Shown: positions 49,597 to 62,939 of the stretch, in pieces
Layout: the number at the start of each line of letters is the position of its first letter
Numbering within the stretch: the first letter of the stretch is position 1
NCBI GenBank assembly: GCA_965153285.1
Contig: OZ229117.1
Length of the DNA: 64,000 nucleotides
Reading direction: 5' to 3' (one strand)
From: Podarcis tiliguerta
Lineage: Eukaryota
Translations under genes and position numbers: made by a program
The notes under the pieces: generated by a model
What the model was told of the DNA's origin: nothing
Databases searched by the model: none
What the model saw: the letters and a program-made list of their open reading frames with translations, nothing else

Positions 49597-51904
49597 ATGT
49601 AAAACTAGGGCAGGGATTATGGAATTAAGTTTAATGCGGTGATCTGTGTCTCTGAAGCTTGGCTTGCCTGCTCTGCTGCTAGCTATTGGCCCATAGTTGT
49701 GGCCTCTCTGGTGTCTCTTTCAGCCCACAGGACAGCTGATGAGCCCAGCCTCTGCATCTAAAGCCATGGTCACAACCAAGTGGCTAGAGAGAACATGGGC
49801 AGCTTAATTCATGTGACTCTGGAGGTGCAAAATACATGACACCAGGCAGAGAAACTGACTTCCTGGTATTCAATACTTTATTTCTTCCATGTGCAGAGAG
49901 AGAAATGGCTGTAATAGAGAGAGAGGCCCTGACACGGTGCTCTGTGACTTATGTGACTTGAGCTAGTAAAAAGACCTGATGTTGCTGCTCTTTGGAAAAC
50001 TCCTGATTCCCCCACCCCCGGCAACTTCTCCCAGAATGTTTTCTTTCTTGTGTGTCTATGGTTAGGCATGTGGCGTATGTGGGACATGCCTCATCACTGC
50101 TTGGGACTGAATGCTGAAAGTGAACTGATTCGCTGGCTCTCCACGAGGTTGTCCTTCCCCATTTTCTTGACATTTGTGTGACCTCCCACCTCTGCCATGC
50201 ATAGAGGAATCTCCATGGGGTTTGTGAACTTCTCAGTGGAGCCGCCTATTCTTTCTCAAATCTTGTTTCTGGTGGGCAGGAGTCTTTAAAGTGGCACAGG
50301 ATGTTGACTCCTCTTTTTTGTTAAATGACTCCATTTTACCTGTTTGCTTCCAGCCATCAAATGGATACCACACAGTTGATGTAACGTGGCTTTTTAAAAA
50401 ATATGATTGTGACCTAAGCCCAAGAGTCCCTGGGAAATACACGTAACATTTGTTCTCTCCTCATTTATGTTAAATTGCTAGCATTGTTCCTTGAGGTAAG
50501 AATGGAGGGCGGAGAGAGAAAGGTATGCATGACCAGGACAAATGCTGCTTTAAGGTTGGCTTTTAGGAACACAGAATTCCTGTGTTTTGTGAAGGATCAC
50601 ATGTTTGGGAAAGTGATCTCTGGACATGGCACATACCTTCACGTCTTTTGTGTCACATCTCTGGAGCAAGTGGTTGCAGAAATAATGATGGCATAAAATC
50701 TGCTGTCAATACAACTTCAGGGTGTGATGGTGTTGATAATGCGCCATTGTCTCGAACCAACTCAGACCTTCTCTTCTAGGTAACTCTTCTCTGGGATTTA
50801 CGCTTGGAATTGGAAGCAAGGCAGGCAGCCATTTGTGGGTGGGTGCTGAGGAGAAATATGACTGTAACATTGCTGTCTCCATTAAACATCTTTGCTTTGC
50901 CTCCCCTTGAAAATGTGTGCCCTGAAATAAGACCTTCAATAGCATCCCATGGTCTTTCTGAGTAGAATGACATACTGTAGTCTTGCATCATGTAGTGCAG
51001 CATTCTCCAACTTGGTTCTCTCTAGATCAGTTGGGGCACCAGGTGTTGTTGGACTACAACTCCCAACCCCCCGACAACTGGTCATGCTAGCTAGGAATGA
51101 TGGGAGTTGTAGTCCAACAACATCTGGGGACCCAAGGTTGAGAAAAGCTGCTCAAGGTGATGTTGAACTCAAATACATAGCTGTCCCAGCAAGAATGGCC
51201 AGAGGCCAGAGATGGTGGTTGTTTTAGTCCAGCAATGTCTGGTGGGGCACCAGGTTTGAGAAATCCTGTTCCTTTCATGGTCCCCAATATGTTAACCAGA
51301 AAAAAAAAACTATGTTGTCTTTTGGCTCAACCCTTGCCAAAGCCAAGATGTATGCATATTATACAGAAGCAAATACCTTGGTTTCACATAATTTCTTGCC
51401 ACTAAGCAAATGGTGATTGTACACCCTTGCAGTCAGCATAACTCTTAGGAAACTTGGGCCAGACTATGCCAACTGTAGATTGCTCCCCTCACCATTTACT
51501 CAAACCGTATTCTGTTGTCTTGGCTGGACAGCCACTTCAATCCATCACTTTTTTATATTCACTGCACGCTACACTCTCCTTAAAAATCAAGAGCATTGCT
51601 GTGTTTTCAAGGATCTTAAAAACAATATCTTCTCTGAGTTGTAGGTAAGAGTTTTCCCTTGCAGTTTTCTTATTTCAGGAACTTTCCAGTTGCTTAAAAG
51701 TACCCCCCCCCAAAAAAAAACCCTGAGTTGATTGCCTAGTATTTAGGTTTCTGAGGGAAGGAAAAATATTTTTTCTCCTATCCCACCCACTTGTTTTTGC
51801 TGGCTCACCCTGCCGCCTTTTTCATTTCATTGGCAATGCACTTTTCTCCAGTCTGTAGGAAATAAGGTGCAAGCTTGGGTCTGCCTCCACTCTGCTCTAG
51901 AAGA

Positions 51905-51982
51905 ACACACACACACACACACACATACACATATATATATATGAACATATATACATGTATATGTATATGTGTATAGAGAGAG
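51905..51982. repeat. Compound (CA)n/(TA)n/(GA)n microsatellite
   Basis: Read directly. Confidence 0.9.
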
Positions 51983-54110
51983 ACAGGCAGACAAGAGAGA
52001 CAGAGCAGGTTGACCACTACTTCAAAAACATTGCAGTCTAGGGATAGCCAACATAGTGTCTGCCCTCCAGATTCTGTAGACTACAACTCCCATTGTTCCT
52101 GACCATTGACCATGCCAGCTGAAGTTGTGGTACAGAACATCAGAAGAGAACCATATTGTTTTACCCCGTTGTAGTCTTTTGGATTCTCCTTGGACCTTCA
52201 AGCATCCTGTTTATTGGATTCAATTGGCCACAGTGTTAGAACCATCAGCAGCCTCTTGTTTATTATAAATGGAGCAAAAGGAATAAAACCGCTTTGCGCA
52301 TGGTTGGCTATGGAAAAGCAGCATACAAATCAATGATGATGATGTATTAGGTGTTCCATGGGATAAGGAGTCCAGTGAGGAGACCCTGAAAGTAATTTGC
52401 CTTTCTCTGTTCTGGAGACGAAGCTACTTCAGTGTGTGGAGGGCAGGTCACAGGTGGGAGAGGTGCACAAGCCTTTGGTGGAATAACCCCAATACAGTCT
52501 GTAGCTTCTCACTCATGTTCAGTTTCTTCGTCCTTGCCACATGCCAGTTCAACTTCCTTTTCAAACCTTCACATCCAAAACTTGTGTAAAAAAAGTAATG
52601 CTGAGATTAGAAACTCTGTAGGAAATAGGTTCGGAATTCCTCTCTGCATAGCTTTCACTGTGGCAGCTAATTTTATTTAATTTTATTTTGCTGCTGAGCA
52701 CTGTGTTTTCCTTCCCTGCTATCCATGGCATGACAGCTGAAGTATCCCTTTCCTCTGCCATGGATAGATTTTTAGTTGCTGCTTAACTGAAAATAATATT
52801 CATGTTTTAATACTGGGCTAATGGTCGCCCCATATTCTAGAGTACTTGATTCTGGGCTTGTAGACTATACTTGTGAATGAGGGGGGCATCTGTGTGGATG
52901 GAGAGAAGAAAACCGTGATGGAGGAAGAGGCGCTTTAAAATTTATCTTGTCCCTCTGCCTTAGCTTGTGTGCAGGGAGAGGATATACTCATATTGTTTTC
53001 CTCTTGGTTAACTCTTTCTAATAGAGAGATGCCCCCCAAAATACTATTTTTGTAATCAAGCACAGGGATCTCTTCTGGTGTATAAATATGATGAGTGCAT
53101 AGAAAAAGCTTCATTTTGGCTGCTGGGAAAACAGTTGCCATATAACTTTTCAGGAATCTGAAATGAGATTTTCCCCAAAGTATATGTCCTTGCAGAACAA
53201 CTGCCTTAGTTTTTTTTGGAAGGTGGGGAGGTAATGGGGTGTTTCTGTTTCTCTGATCCCTGGAAGAGAAGGGGTTAAGCTATTAAAAGCATTTTTGTTC
53301 TAGTTTTCTTTTGGTGTCCTCCTTCTGTTCTTGAGACAGTTCTGACCTTGTGCCACTAGTTTGCTGCAAAGATTTGCATGGTTGGTGGGTATGCTAACGA
53401 ACACCTGATCTTCCTGCTCGGAGGCAAGATTTTTACGCACCCCAGTTGCATAACTTGCGAAGCAGCAGTTTTGCATAAAAACGCAGAATTCAATGGTGGC
53501 TGTATTTCTTATGCAGGGAGAGAAACTTTACCAACTTCCTAAATAAAAAATCAGTGGAAAAACCATTAGATGATCCTCTAAGAATCTCTGTATTTTTCCA
53601 GTGGGTCCAAGAGGGGAAAGGTTTAGGAATTGCTAGTTTAGGAGAAACTCGAATGGTAGCTGTTTGGGCCCAGTACATGGTGGTCTGCTTTATGCCTCCT
53701 GTCAAGAGGGGTGGTAGCTGCCATATCTATACTTGGGGGAGAGTATAGCAAATTATTTGCAGGCTCAAGGGCTTGAGTCCCATCTACTTAAAGCAGGGAT
53801 GGGGAGTTTCAAGCCTTTGGGGGCCACATGTAGCTCTCCAGGCCTTTATGAGATTCTCCAGAGGCCAAAGCCCCTAACTAACTCTACTCTGTGCCATCCT
53901 TGAGTGCATTTGCCTGGCTGGAATGTGCCCTTGAACTCTGACCATTCCTCTTACTTGCCTAGAAGGGGAAGGGTGTAGAAGTATAAAAGTCAGAGTCTTA
54001 CCTGCTGTCCTGCCCACTTTTTCCTCTGAGTTCTCCCATGCAGTCTCTGGAAGGTTATCCACAAGGAAATGCAGCCCTGTCCCTGCTCCTAAAGGAAGAG
54101 GTACCAGGTA

Positions 54111-54369
54111 CCATATTTTTCGCTCTATAAGACGCACCAGACCACAAGACGCACCTAGTTTTTGGAGGAGGAAAACAAGAAAAAAAAAATTCTGAATCTC
54201 AGAAGCCAGAACAGCAAGAGCAATCGCTGCACAGTGAAAGCAGCAATCCCTCTTGCTGTTCCAGCTTCTGGGATAGCTGCGCAGCCTGCATTCGCTCCAT
54301 AAGACGCACACACATTTCCCCTTACTTTTTAGGAGGGAAAAAGTGAGTCTTATAGAGCAAAAAATACGG
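54111..54369. mobile_element. MITE, family C (inverted copy of 18803-19062)
   Basis: TIR CC(A/G)TATTTTT.GCTCTATAAGAC; TA TSD. Confidence 0.9.
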
Positions 54370-55395
54370 TAATTGAAAGCACACCTGTCTGAAATCTTGG
54401 AACACTGCTACTAGTCAGAGTAAATTGCTGGTTTAGGAACAAATAATCTGACCTGGTAAAGGGTCACACCCTATAGTCCCATAAATCTGTGTGTGTGCAT
54501 GGATGCATGGATATTTTCTCAGGGAATGTTTGTCGCAGTCCTAGTAGAAAAACTCATGTCTTCTGTTTCCAGTATCCTAGAAAAATTACAAATCCTTATC
54601 TAGACCCATCACAATTACGTTTCTATAGTGTGGGTAACTGGGCAATCAATAGTATTGGCAGGATCAGTAAGGGCATGATGCATCATCCTGTGTTTGACAG
54701 CATATCCCTGCAGTGCTCCTGGCTTTCTTGTAGAAATAGAAAGCTCAGAATAGCTTGATTCCAAAGACTTTGCAAAATGAAGACATCTGCTAAGAGGACA
54801 GTTTGTACCTAGACCAGTTGGCTACACGTGTGCACCCAAGGATGAAGACAAGGCTGGCTGATATTCTGGTTTGCTTGCAGTAGAAAGATCCCTCTCTTAG
54901 GGATATCTGTAAGAAATCGTGCGTACTGATCCTGAAAGGGTTGCTTCGCTAGGTACAAACTGTTCTCAAGAGAGCGCTCTATTTTGGGGAAGATCCTATT
55001 TTTTTATGCCTGGCGCTCTGACATTTGGCGCACAAGTTTGTAGACCTCCCTTCCCTTGAGGCTGCATTTACTAATCAAAACCAGTAAGCTATTAAGATTT
55101 GTGAAATATTTGCTATCTTTTTAACCTCTGTTACATCAGTGGGGTAAAAATGAATGGAGCCAGGTGCAATCACATTACATATCTATCTTCACTCCTGCAT
55201 AATTGTATGGTTTTCATTATTAAATGTGAAACTGGTGAGCTGTTCATGAATGCATAATGTCTAAATGCATTCCTGTACAGCTTGCCTCTTTGAATGTTTA
55301 TATGGCAATTCAGTAGGGGCTTGTCTCAGTTAACTGTAAAGCAGAGACAGTCCTTGGCTTCCCTTTCAATTTGAACATGCCTAAATTCACATATG

Positions 55396-55746
55396 GGATG
55401 TGGGTGGCACAGTGGTCTAAACCACTGAGCCTAGGACTTGTCGATCGGAAGGTTGGCGGTTCAAATCCCCACGACGGGGTGAGCTCCCGTTGCTTGGTCC
55501 CTGCTCTTGCCAACCTAGCAGTTCAAAAGCATGTCAAAGTGCAAGTAGATAAATAGGTACCGCTCCGGCGGGAAGGTAAACGGTATTTCTGTGCGCTGCT
55601 CTGGTTCGGCAGAAGTGGCTTGGTCATGCTGGCCACATGACCCGGAAGCTGGATGCCGGCTCCCTCGGCCAGTAAAGCAAGATGAGCACCACAACCCCAG
55701 AATTATCCGCGACTGGACCTACCGGTCAGGGGGTCCCTTTACCTTT
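55396..55746 (+). mobile_element. Full-length Sauria SINE
   Basis: tRNA-like head (GGTGGCACAGTGG...GGTTCAAATCC), conserved body, ACCTTT tail; TSD AAATTCACATATG (55383-55395 / 55747-55759). Confidence 0.93.
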
Positions 55747-55962
55747 AAATTCACATATGCAGTTGGGGATGACCCTAAGAATATATTTGGGGTGCTATTC
55801 TGGGTAGCAAATTCACAGTTTTGATGTATTGCCGTCTGGGAGTTTTCTGCCACAGGCTTGGGCCACCCCTACAGAGATGTTTGTGGCCAAAATATGAGGT
55901 TAACTGACCTCCCTCCAGATTCTACTCAGGCTTTATGGCCATAGGTACACATGGATGGCTTA

Positions 55963-56142
55963 CAGTTGAAATCAAAATTATTCAACCACCATTGCAAATC
56001 AGGTTTATTGTCAAAATTTACAGACTTTCGGCTGTTTGCAACGAGCAAATCAAACCAAAGCTATTCACACAGCTCAGTGCAACAGATGCTTCAAGTGGCT
56101 CCCCCAAATTCAGCTGAAATTGCAACTTATACTGGCTTCTCC
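55963..56142 (+). mobile_element. Isolated terminal inverted repeat of a Tc1-like (IR/DR) transposon
   Basis: TA|CAGTTGAAATCAAAATTATTCAACCACCATTGCAAATCAGG... is a Tc1-type terminus; no partner TIR or transposase in the window. Confidence 0.7.
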
Positions 56143-56546
56143 GGGAGGAAATGGTGGGGCTCTGTCCTCTGGGGTCTCCAAGGTTCTGCACCCACCTGGT
56201 GAAATCCCCCCCCCCCCCCGCAATAGCCTTTGATTTCTACTTCAGCCATTGGGTAATGTTGATTTGTCTCTTCCTTCCACCTCTTGTTCCTGGTGAAGAT
56301 CTTCATTCACCTCTTCTTCCTTGGCAGGAGAACGTGCCATTTTGTGGTTTGCCTCAAGTACCAAAATGTCTTAGGCCATCCCTGCTTAGGGCGCTGCATT
56401 TTAATGTGGCTTGAGCATAGAACTCTACAGGATCAGAACTATCCGCCTGCCAGTTTTAATGATACCAGAATTCACAATGGGGTGTGCTTGCCTTGGCTGA
56501 CCTCATGGTGGAGCTGTTCATTACTTCTTAATGCAGTTATATTGTA

Positions 56547-56763
56547 CAGTGGTACCTCAAGTTACATATGCTTCAGGTTACAGACTCCACTAACCCAGAA
56601 ATAGTGCTTCAGGTTAAGAATGCTGCTTCAGGATGAGAACAGAAATCAGGCTCCAGAGGCGCAGCAGCAGCAGGAGGCTAAAGTGGTGCTTCAGGTTAAG
56701 AACAGTTTCAGGTTAAGTACGGACCTCCAGAATGAATTAAGTACTTAACCTGAGGTACCACTG
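56547..56763. mobile_element. Tigger-like MITE, family B
   Basis: TIR CAGTGGTACCTCA(A/G)GTTA; TA TSD. Confidence 0.9.
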
Positions 56764-57254
56764 TATAGGGAAATCACTTACAGACTGAAACTTCTCAGTG
56801 GAAACAGAAAATTGTAGGGTTGGGTATGGGTGTTTTCTGGACGGGGAGAGGGCAGGGTTTTTTAGCAGAAGCTCATTATAATATCCCTACTTAGAAAGCA
56901 AGTGGGAATTGCAACCCACTCCACTGGAGAGAATGAATTTTCAAGGTAAGTCCAACATTCCCTTTTTGCATCATATTTTTCAGAGCGACAACATACTGTT
57001 AGGCACGAAGAAAAATTCTATAGTGCAGCGACTTCAGTGGTATAAGATGTCACCCCCTGCAATACAGGAATCTCTTGCCCAACATAGGATGAAGGCTAAA
57101 CACAACTCAACCAATGTTCTTATTAACAGTAAACTGTCTAAATAGAAAGAATGATAGCCACCCTTTACTGCTTAATACCATTGTTTACTGCTACTATGCA
57201 GGGAATGGTTTAGTCAAAGATGACCCTGATAAAAGCACCTATATATGAGCAGAG

Positions 57255-57640
57255 AAGTGGGGTGCATGGCTGATGGACTTTGCAGAACTGGCGAAACTGA
57301 TGGGAAGAATCTGGAACCAGCAAGACCAAGCATTCTAAAAAGACTGGAATAAATTTATATTATATTTGAAAGACAACTGTAAGCAATTAACATCTGAAGA
57401 TTTGTAAGATGAAATTGCTACCTATTCAGGTTGAGTAATATACTATTTTAGGCAATGATATATAACAAGGATAGGAAACGAAGCAAATTGTAAAGATGTA
57501 AAGTTTAATTTTGTAAAACATCAGATGGGAGGGAGGGAAGTCAATAGGTTCAGTTGAGCCAAAGAGATAAAATAAGACGGTACGATGGTACGTAATGTGA
57601 TTATATGTAAAACCAATAAAAACCTTTATAATAATAAAAG
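57255..57640 (+). mobile_element. L1-like LINE 3' end
   Basis: W..WLMDFAELAKLMGRIWNQQDQAF*KDWNKFILYLK resembles the ORF2 C-terminus of reptile L1; followed by AATAAA and an A-rich tail. Confidence 0.7.
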
Positions 57641-57915
57641 AAGTGTGAGACTAAGGGGAATTTCAAGAGGGCATTTGAACACAGAGCCATAGCTAGGCGA
57701 TCTTGCGCCCAGTCCAGATTACGCCCCCTAGCCACGGACATCCATCCATTCAATTCCTCACACACATCACCTTGTAATGAATTCTTTCACAGAAATCCAG
57801 TATTTAATTTATTATTTCTTAATAAAAGGTTTCAGCAAAGAAAATTACATTTTGATGTGAGTTGACAGTTTTTTAAAAATGCAATTCAGTTGTATAACAA
57901 TACACACACAAAAAC

Positions 57916-58152
57916 GGTAAAGGACCCCTGACAGTTAGGTCCAGTTGTGAATGACTCTGGGTTTGCGCCGCTCATCTTGCTTTACTGGCTGAAGGAGCCG
58001 ACGTTTGTCCGCAGACAGTTTTTCCGGGTCATGTGGCCAGCATGACTATGCCGCTTCTGGCGAAACCAGAGCAGCGCATGGAAACGCTGTTTACCTTCCT
58101 GCCGGAGCGGTACCTGTTTATCTACTTGCACTTTGACGTGCTTTTGAACTGC
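57916..58152 (-). mobile_element. 5'-truncated Sauria SINE
   Basis: Reverse complement matches the 3' two-thirds of the 55396 copy. Confidence 0.88.
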
Positions 58153-59094
58153 ATCTTCCAACCCATCTTTGTGCAATGGTATGCATGTGCCCTACTCCTT
58201 ACTAAAATGGAGACTTTATGTGCACACTGGTCCCCAGCCTCATTCCCTGAAGAATGGGTTCTGTCCCCAGGTTCATCACAACTACCTGTGAGAAGTTGAG
58301 TGAGTTCCAGAATGTTCCCTCAAAGTTTCTTTCCAAAGTTTCCCTTTCCCCTCAGCATAGGAAAAAGACCACAAGGTTGGTAAAACTTTTTTTTTTTAAG
58401 GTTTACTTATAAATTCTCCAAATGTCAGATTCCAGTGCTTCAGAAAAGGTTGCACAGGCAGTAAAACTCAGCTTAGATGCAAAGTGTTTAATGTTACTTA
58501 CTTACTGGTACAGGAATTCAAAAGTGGCTTGTGAGAGCCATGCGGTTGAGATGGAGCAACCAGCTCAAACCTCTTCACACACTGAAGACTAGGGGAGAAC
58601 AAAGGGAAATATTGGTTCCTACCAAGGTGAGGGGAAGTGGACATGTAGCTAAACCTGGCAGGATAGCTTACTCCATGGTATTATCTTCATTCATTTGTTA
58701 AAATACATGTTGGTTATACAAAGCTGGTTATCCCACACCAACCACATATGGAAGTTGCAGATTCCCCTGCCTTGTGTCTTGTTAAATAACCCAAGTAGGA
58801 TTTGCACCTATTTCTCTGGTGTAACGCTGTTCTCCTTATTGTCCTCAGGATCCTTCCATCTCTGCTCCTTCTTGGATTTAACCAAAGAGCTGTCACTCCA
58901 ACCTGCCTATGAAAACTAACTTTTCTGTTCTGTATCATGATACCAATCATATTTTGTAATAAATGGCATATTCTTTCAGTCTAAGCTTGGCTTGCTGATT
59001 TCATTGCTAATTTACTCTGTTCTTGAGCCAAGAGTCACAGCAATCTGTGTTGGTTGAGAACATATGCACAAATGCAATTAACCGGATTCTTACT

Positions 59095-59410
59095 GGTCCC
59101 ATCTGCACTAGAAATTTAAAGCAGTATTATACAACTTTGAACAGTCACAACTTCCTCCAAATAATACTGGGAATTGCACTTAGTTAAGGGTGCTGACAGT
59201 TGTTAGTAGACCCCTGTTCCCCTCACAGAGCTACAATTCCCAGAATTTCCTGGCAATAGGGATTGCCAAGCTCCTCTGAGAATTGTAGCTCTGTGAGGGG
59301 AACAGGGGTCTTCCAACAACTCTTAGTGCCCTTAGCAAACTACAGTTCCCAGAATTATTTGGGGATTGTTTAAAGTTGTATAATACTGTATTGATTTAAA
59401 TATATAGGCC
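59095..59410. mobile_element. Long fold-back palindromic MITE
   Basis: Arms pair over most of the length, e.g. agacccctgttcccctcacagagctacaattc / gaattgtagctctgtgaggggaacaggggtct. Confidence 0.8.
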
Positions 59411-62114
59411 TTAATTTTATATTTATATGTTATGGAATTGTAGTGACCCAAACGGCTTTACACATGCAGAGTGCGATAGAAATGTTTAAATAAATAAATA
59501 AACCCCTCAGTGGGTATTTCAGAAGCCATTTTGTGACCTCTGCTGAAATGCCTTGGGAAACCCCACATAGGTTTCACTCCCCTTCTTGATGATTACTCAC
59601 AGGGGGAGAAACCAACTCTGCTACATGAAGGGGGACAAAACTTTGAGCCTCCAGCTATGGAAAGCACTACATCCAGTATGCCATCTTGAAGAATATGTGA
59701 AGTGCATGCCGGTTTTATGGTGCCAAGGTAGAGTAGGGGCAAACAAAAATAGTAATGCTTGGGTTTCAAAGGAAAAAAAGAAACTGAACACTCTCACACA
59801 CACCCCTAATGTTTGCCATGAGTTGGTTTGGCCCACTGCTTCAAGATCTCCAGCCCTCGTGTTTGGGGACTCAGATTGAAAAGGGGTTTGCAAGGGGAGG
59901 ATGGGTTGGGTAAGTCCTGGAGGTTTGCAAACTGGCTGGCGTGTACGTGTTGCCGTAGGCCAAGAGCTAGTGCCATTTCTTTTATTTCAGTCATATCAAC
60001 CAGACTTCTCTTAGCTTAGATAGCCATTATGGCTTGGGGAGAGGAGCTTAAGGTTGCTTTCCTTTCATTTTCCTTCCACTGGAAGCCTGTGTTCTTCCTT
60101 GCTCTGTCTGCACTCTTTAAAAGCAATTATATTTCAAAAGGGTTGCACCAGTGTAATTTCAGCCTAATTTATGCCATCAAGGAAATATTTGTAGGAAATG
60201 CAGCATTCTTGACACTTTTTTCAATACTCACCACCCCAAAAGTTGTAATTTGGTTCATTATATTAAAACAACAGGGCTTTTCTTCAGAGAAGATAGTAAT
60301 TAGAATGGGAGTATTAATTTGAAATTGTTTTTCCTCAGCAATTGAGTGAGGCACATCGCTCATCCACACAGAAGTGTGCTTTGTCCCTTCTGTGCCGTGA
60401 TTAAAATAAATAAAACTTGTTGCTGCTGCTTAAAAGTTCATGTTCTCAACCATGAGCCATGGCAATACATCCAAATGTGTACAAACTTCCCATTGGATAT
60501 TTTTGTATTTGTTTATTTTATTTGAACAAGTTGTATATTGCTTAAAATTAAACAGGACTCTGAAGTGAAACTAAACAAAACAAGTGAAAATTAAAAACTT
60601 TTAAAATGGTTAGGCTTCAGCAATCCCTCAAGAGAGATTCCCTCCTTTTCTTCCATACATGGTAATTCCACAGCATACTCCCACATAATGGAGAAACCAG
60701 GGGCTTCAGTTAGATCACCATTCATTTTGTTTCGTTTAGGAATCATGCAGATTAAAGTTACCTGTTTCTTTTATGTTCAACTCTTTCTCCAGGGAGCATA
60801 AGGCATCACAGATTGTTCTCTACCACCCAGTTTATCCTCGCAGCAGCCCTGCGAGGCACATTGTGGAAAAGGGCTGTGGCTCCTTGGTAGATCATCCACT
60901 TTGCATGCAGAAGGTCCCAAGTTCAATGCCTGGCATCTCCCAAGTGGGGCCTTCCCTTTCCAAAACACTGGAGACCCACTGCCTGTCACTATTGAGCTTC
61001 CTTCCTATATTGAGCTCACCTTCCTATAGTTCCTAGGTTAGGCTGAGAGATAGTGATGGTCAAAAATAACCCTAAAGGCTGAGCAGATTCATTGTTCTTA
61101 GCACAACTGGAGAAATAAAAGAAAACTTTTTGTAAGGCCGAGCAGGGATTTTAATAGTCTCCATCCGTAGCTCGGCAATCTACCCACTAATGCACTAATT
61201 CTCAGCTATACACTACTTAATGAGCACCTATGGCAACAATGCTGTGTTAACTGGTAACCCCAAAGTAATTCTTCTCAACTCTTCTATCTCACCAAAAGTG
61301 AGGTCTTCTCGTTCTTATCATTGTTCCTCTGACACAGTGCAATAGAACATAAAAGCTGCACGCATAATCTCTAATCCTCCCATGGCTGTTCTGTGACTGT
61401 TATCATAAATACTTGGCTTGAACATAACATTCACCCTACACATTAGGAACAGGGATATTACTGATGGTCAGGGCTCCTCTGCATAAGAATTAATAAAGGA
61501 AATAAGAAGGGAGACCACAGTCACCATGAAAACTCGTTTATTAAAAATATGCTTCTTGGTGGGTAATAACACAAACTACGGGCAATAATCTTTTAGGCAG
61601 TGAGCAATGAACCCACTGACACAACCAATCATTGCTGGTCCCCCATCAATGGTAACATGATAATTGGTGAAGAGGCAGGCATGCTTGAAGCATAGTTCTC
61701 AACACTGAATGCAACACTCATGTCTGACAACAGACTAAATTTATATTTTATGGAATTGTGGTGCCCCAAATGGCTTTACACATGTAGGGTGCAATAGAAA
61801 TGTTTAAATAAATAAATTAAACCCTCAGTGGGTATTTCAGAAGCCATTTTGTGCTGCATGGTTCCGGCAGCAATGCTTAACCCCTGCTCGAATGCCTTGG
61901 GAAACCCCACACAAGTTTCTCCTTGATGATTTACCAGAGGCTTCTTGTAGCATAGTTCTCAACACTGTATGCAACACTTATGTCTCATCACAAATGAAAC
62001 TGATCTGTAGAAAACACAACTTGGAAAAAAAGAGACAATGCGCGTATTTTTGTAAACTAAGAAATCTTTAATAAAAATATATTTTTTTAAAAATAAGAAA
62101 GCCTGAAATATATG

Positions 62115-62243
62115 GTGGTGGAGTCTCCTTTAAGCAGAGGCTTGACAACCATATGTCAGGAGTGCTCTGATGGTGTTTCCTGCTTGGCAGGGGGTTGGAC
62201 TCAATGGCCCTTGTGGTTTCTTCCAACTCTATGCTTCTATGAT
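62115..62243 (+). mobile_element. CR1 LINE 3' end
   Basis: ggcagggggttggactcaatggcccttgtgg...ccaactctatgcttctatga terminus. Confidence 0.85.
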
Positions 62244-62939
62244 ATCCTCATCTCTCGTTCTACCTTTCAGTAGTAGTTTCAGCAGCCCTTCTTGGGAGAT
62301 TTAAGGATGAGTCAAAAGCTGATTGCTAACAGCACTTCTTGCAATTTAGGGACTTTTATGGGGGCTTTAGTGCATCTGACAGTGGGTTGCTCAATGACAT
62401 ATAGACAGAGAAGGTCTGTGTCATATCTGCTGAGGCTGACATACGTCTGTTACAACACTAAAGGAATATATTAGGTTCAGGGGTAACATACAAATGAACC
62501 TGTTCTATTGTCATGATAGTCAGCCCCTGATCCTGACCAAGCTTCAGTTTTTGGTAGGGATCCCAGATTCCAGCTGATAGATCATGATTTTCTTCCCCTC
62601 TTTCCATTAGATCGGGTTTAGTATTAGGCATTTAAAACATGCCACCGAGTGCATGCAGAGTAGACCACACAGATGGAAACACTGAAAAGGCGCAAAAATA
62701 ACATTGCATGGTTTAATAACAAAACCCTTACATAGTGTCTATAATCATCGCCCATCCACCCACCAGGGCAGAGTAAGGTACGTACTGCACATTATATATC
62801 ATTCACAATTGCTGACACAGCTAATTACAGTGATTTATCAGCAACTGCTACACAGCTGTAAAAACTAGGTCAGGATATGCACCCTGGCTTTTAAAGTACA
62901 CATCCTGTGAAATAACAAAGACTTTCCTCCCTGAAAGGG

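Noticed and set aside
58390-58600. Exon-like segments with AG/GT borders in the distal intergenic region
   Set aside because: The translations match no recognisable protein (including TMEM222) and no partner exons were found.
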